Source: Octopus bimaculoides (taxonomy: Eukaryota). From it: a stretch of DNA of 64,000 nt. This document shows positions 63,715-64,000 of the stretch, in pieces (positions within the stretch are counted from its first letter, which is position 1; each line of letters starts with the position of its first letter). The notes under the pieces are model-generated. The model searched no databases. It saw only the letters and a program-made list of their open reading frames with translations, and had not been told where the DNA came from. Location of the stretch: contig NC_068985.1 of the NCBI RefSeq assembly GCF_001194135.2, positions 125,443,993 to 125,507,992 of the forward strand, read 5' to 3'. The position numbers and the translations under genes are program-made.

Positions 63715-63925
63715 TTGCTCCAGTCCACTCAGCTGGCAAAAATGAGTAGTACCTGTATTTCAAAGCGCCGGACTTGTCACACTCCGTATCACGCTGAATC
63801 TCCCTGAGAACTAAGTTAGGGGTACACGTGTCTGTGGATTGCTCAGTCACTTGCACGTTAATTTCACGAGCAAGCTGCTCCGTTGAGCGTATCAGCTGGA
63901 ATCAACGTCGTCGTAACCGACGGAG
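63715..63925 (+). mobile_element. Divergent 3' part of a family D-like SINE
   Basis: ttgtcacact..gtatcacgctgaat...gggtacacgtgtctgtgga..gctcag.cacttgcacgttaatttcacgagca matches 54452-54600. Confidence 0.8.
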
Positions 63926-64000
63926 GACTCCTTCATATCTGAAGGGCATCTGCAAGCCTTGTAGATTATATATACACACACACATATATATACATACATA

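Overview
This is AT-rich, intron/intergenic-type animal genomic DNA from a fragmented assembly. About 22 N-gaps total roughly 8 kb, and most abut a microsatellite. The repeat families (tRNA-headed SINEs, dense (TA)n/(CA)n/(CATA)n/(GA)n/(TAA)n tracts) look like an octopus genome, probably an Octopus bimaculoides-type scaffold; that assignment is inference. Only one host gene is well supported: a two-exon, plus-strand rolling stone (Rost)-like multi-pass membrane protein (43644-43820 + 44770-45813, about 406 aa). A few small minus-strand exon candidates may belong to a second, unidentified gene. Almost all other ORFs in the track are artefacts of microsatellites or N-runs. The rest is a mosaic of mobile DNA: at least four tRNA-derived SINE families, a deleted mariner, hAT and Tc1/pogo-type MITEs, a foldback family, and 3' fragments of RLE-type (R4/Dong-like) LINEs. 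There are also five Penelope-type repeats carrying minimal hammerhead-ribozyme motifs. The most unusual observations are three. (1) A composite unit of hammerhead repeat + (CATA)n + LINE fragment occurs twice with the same internal junctions in unrelated surroundings. (2) RLE LINE lineages appear to target different microsatellites, (TAA)n versus (CATA)n, with fixed strand polarity. (3) A hammerhead subfamily shares an A6U core variant. All alignments were done by eye and no database searches were run.
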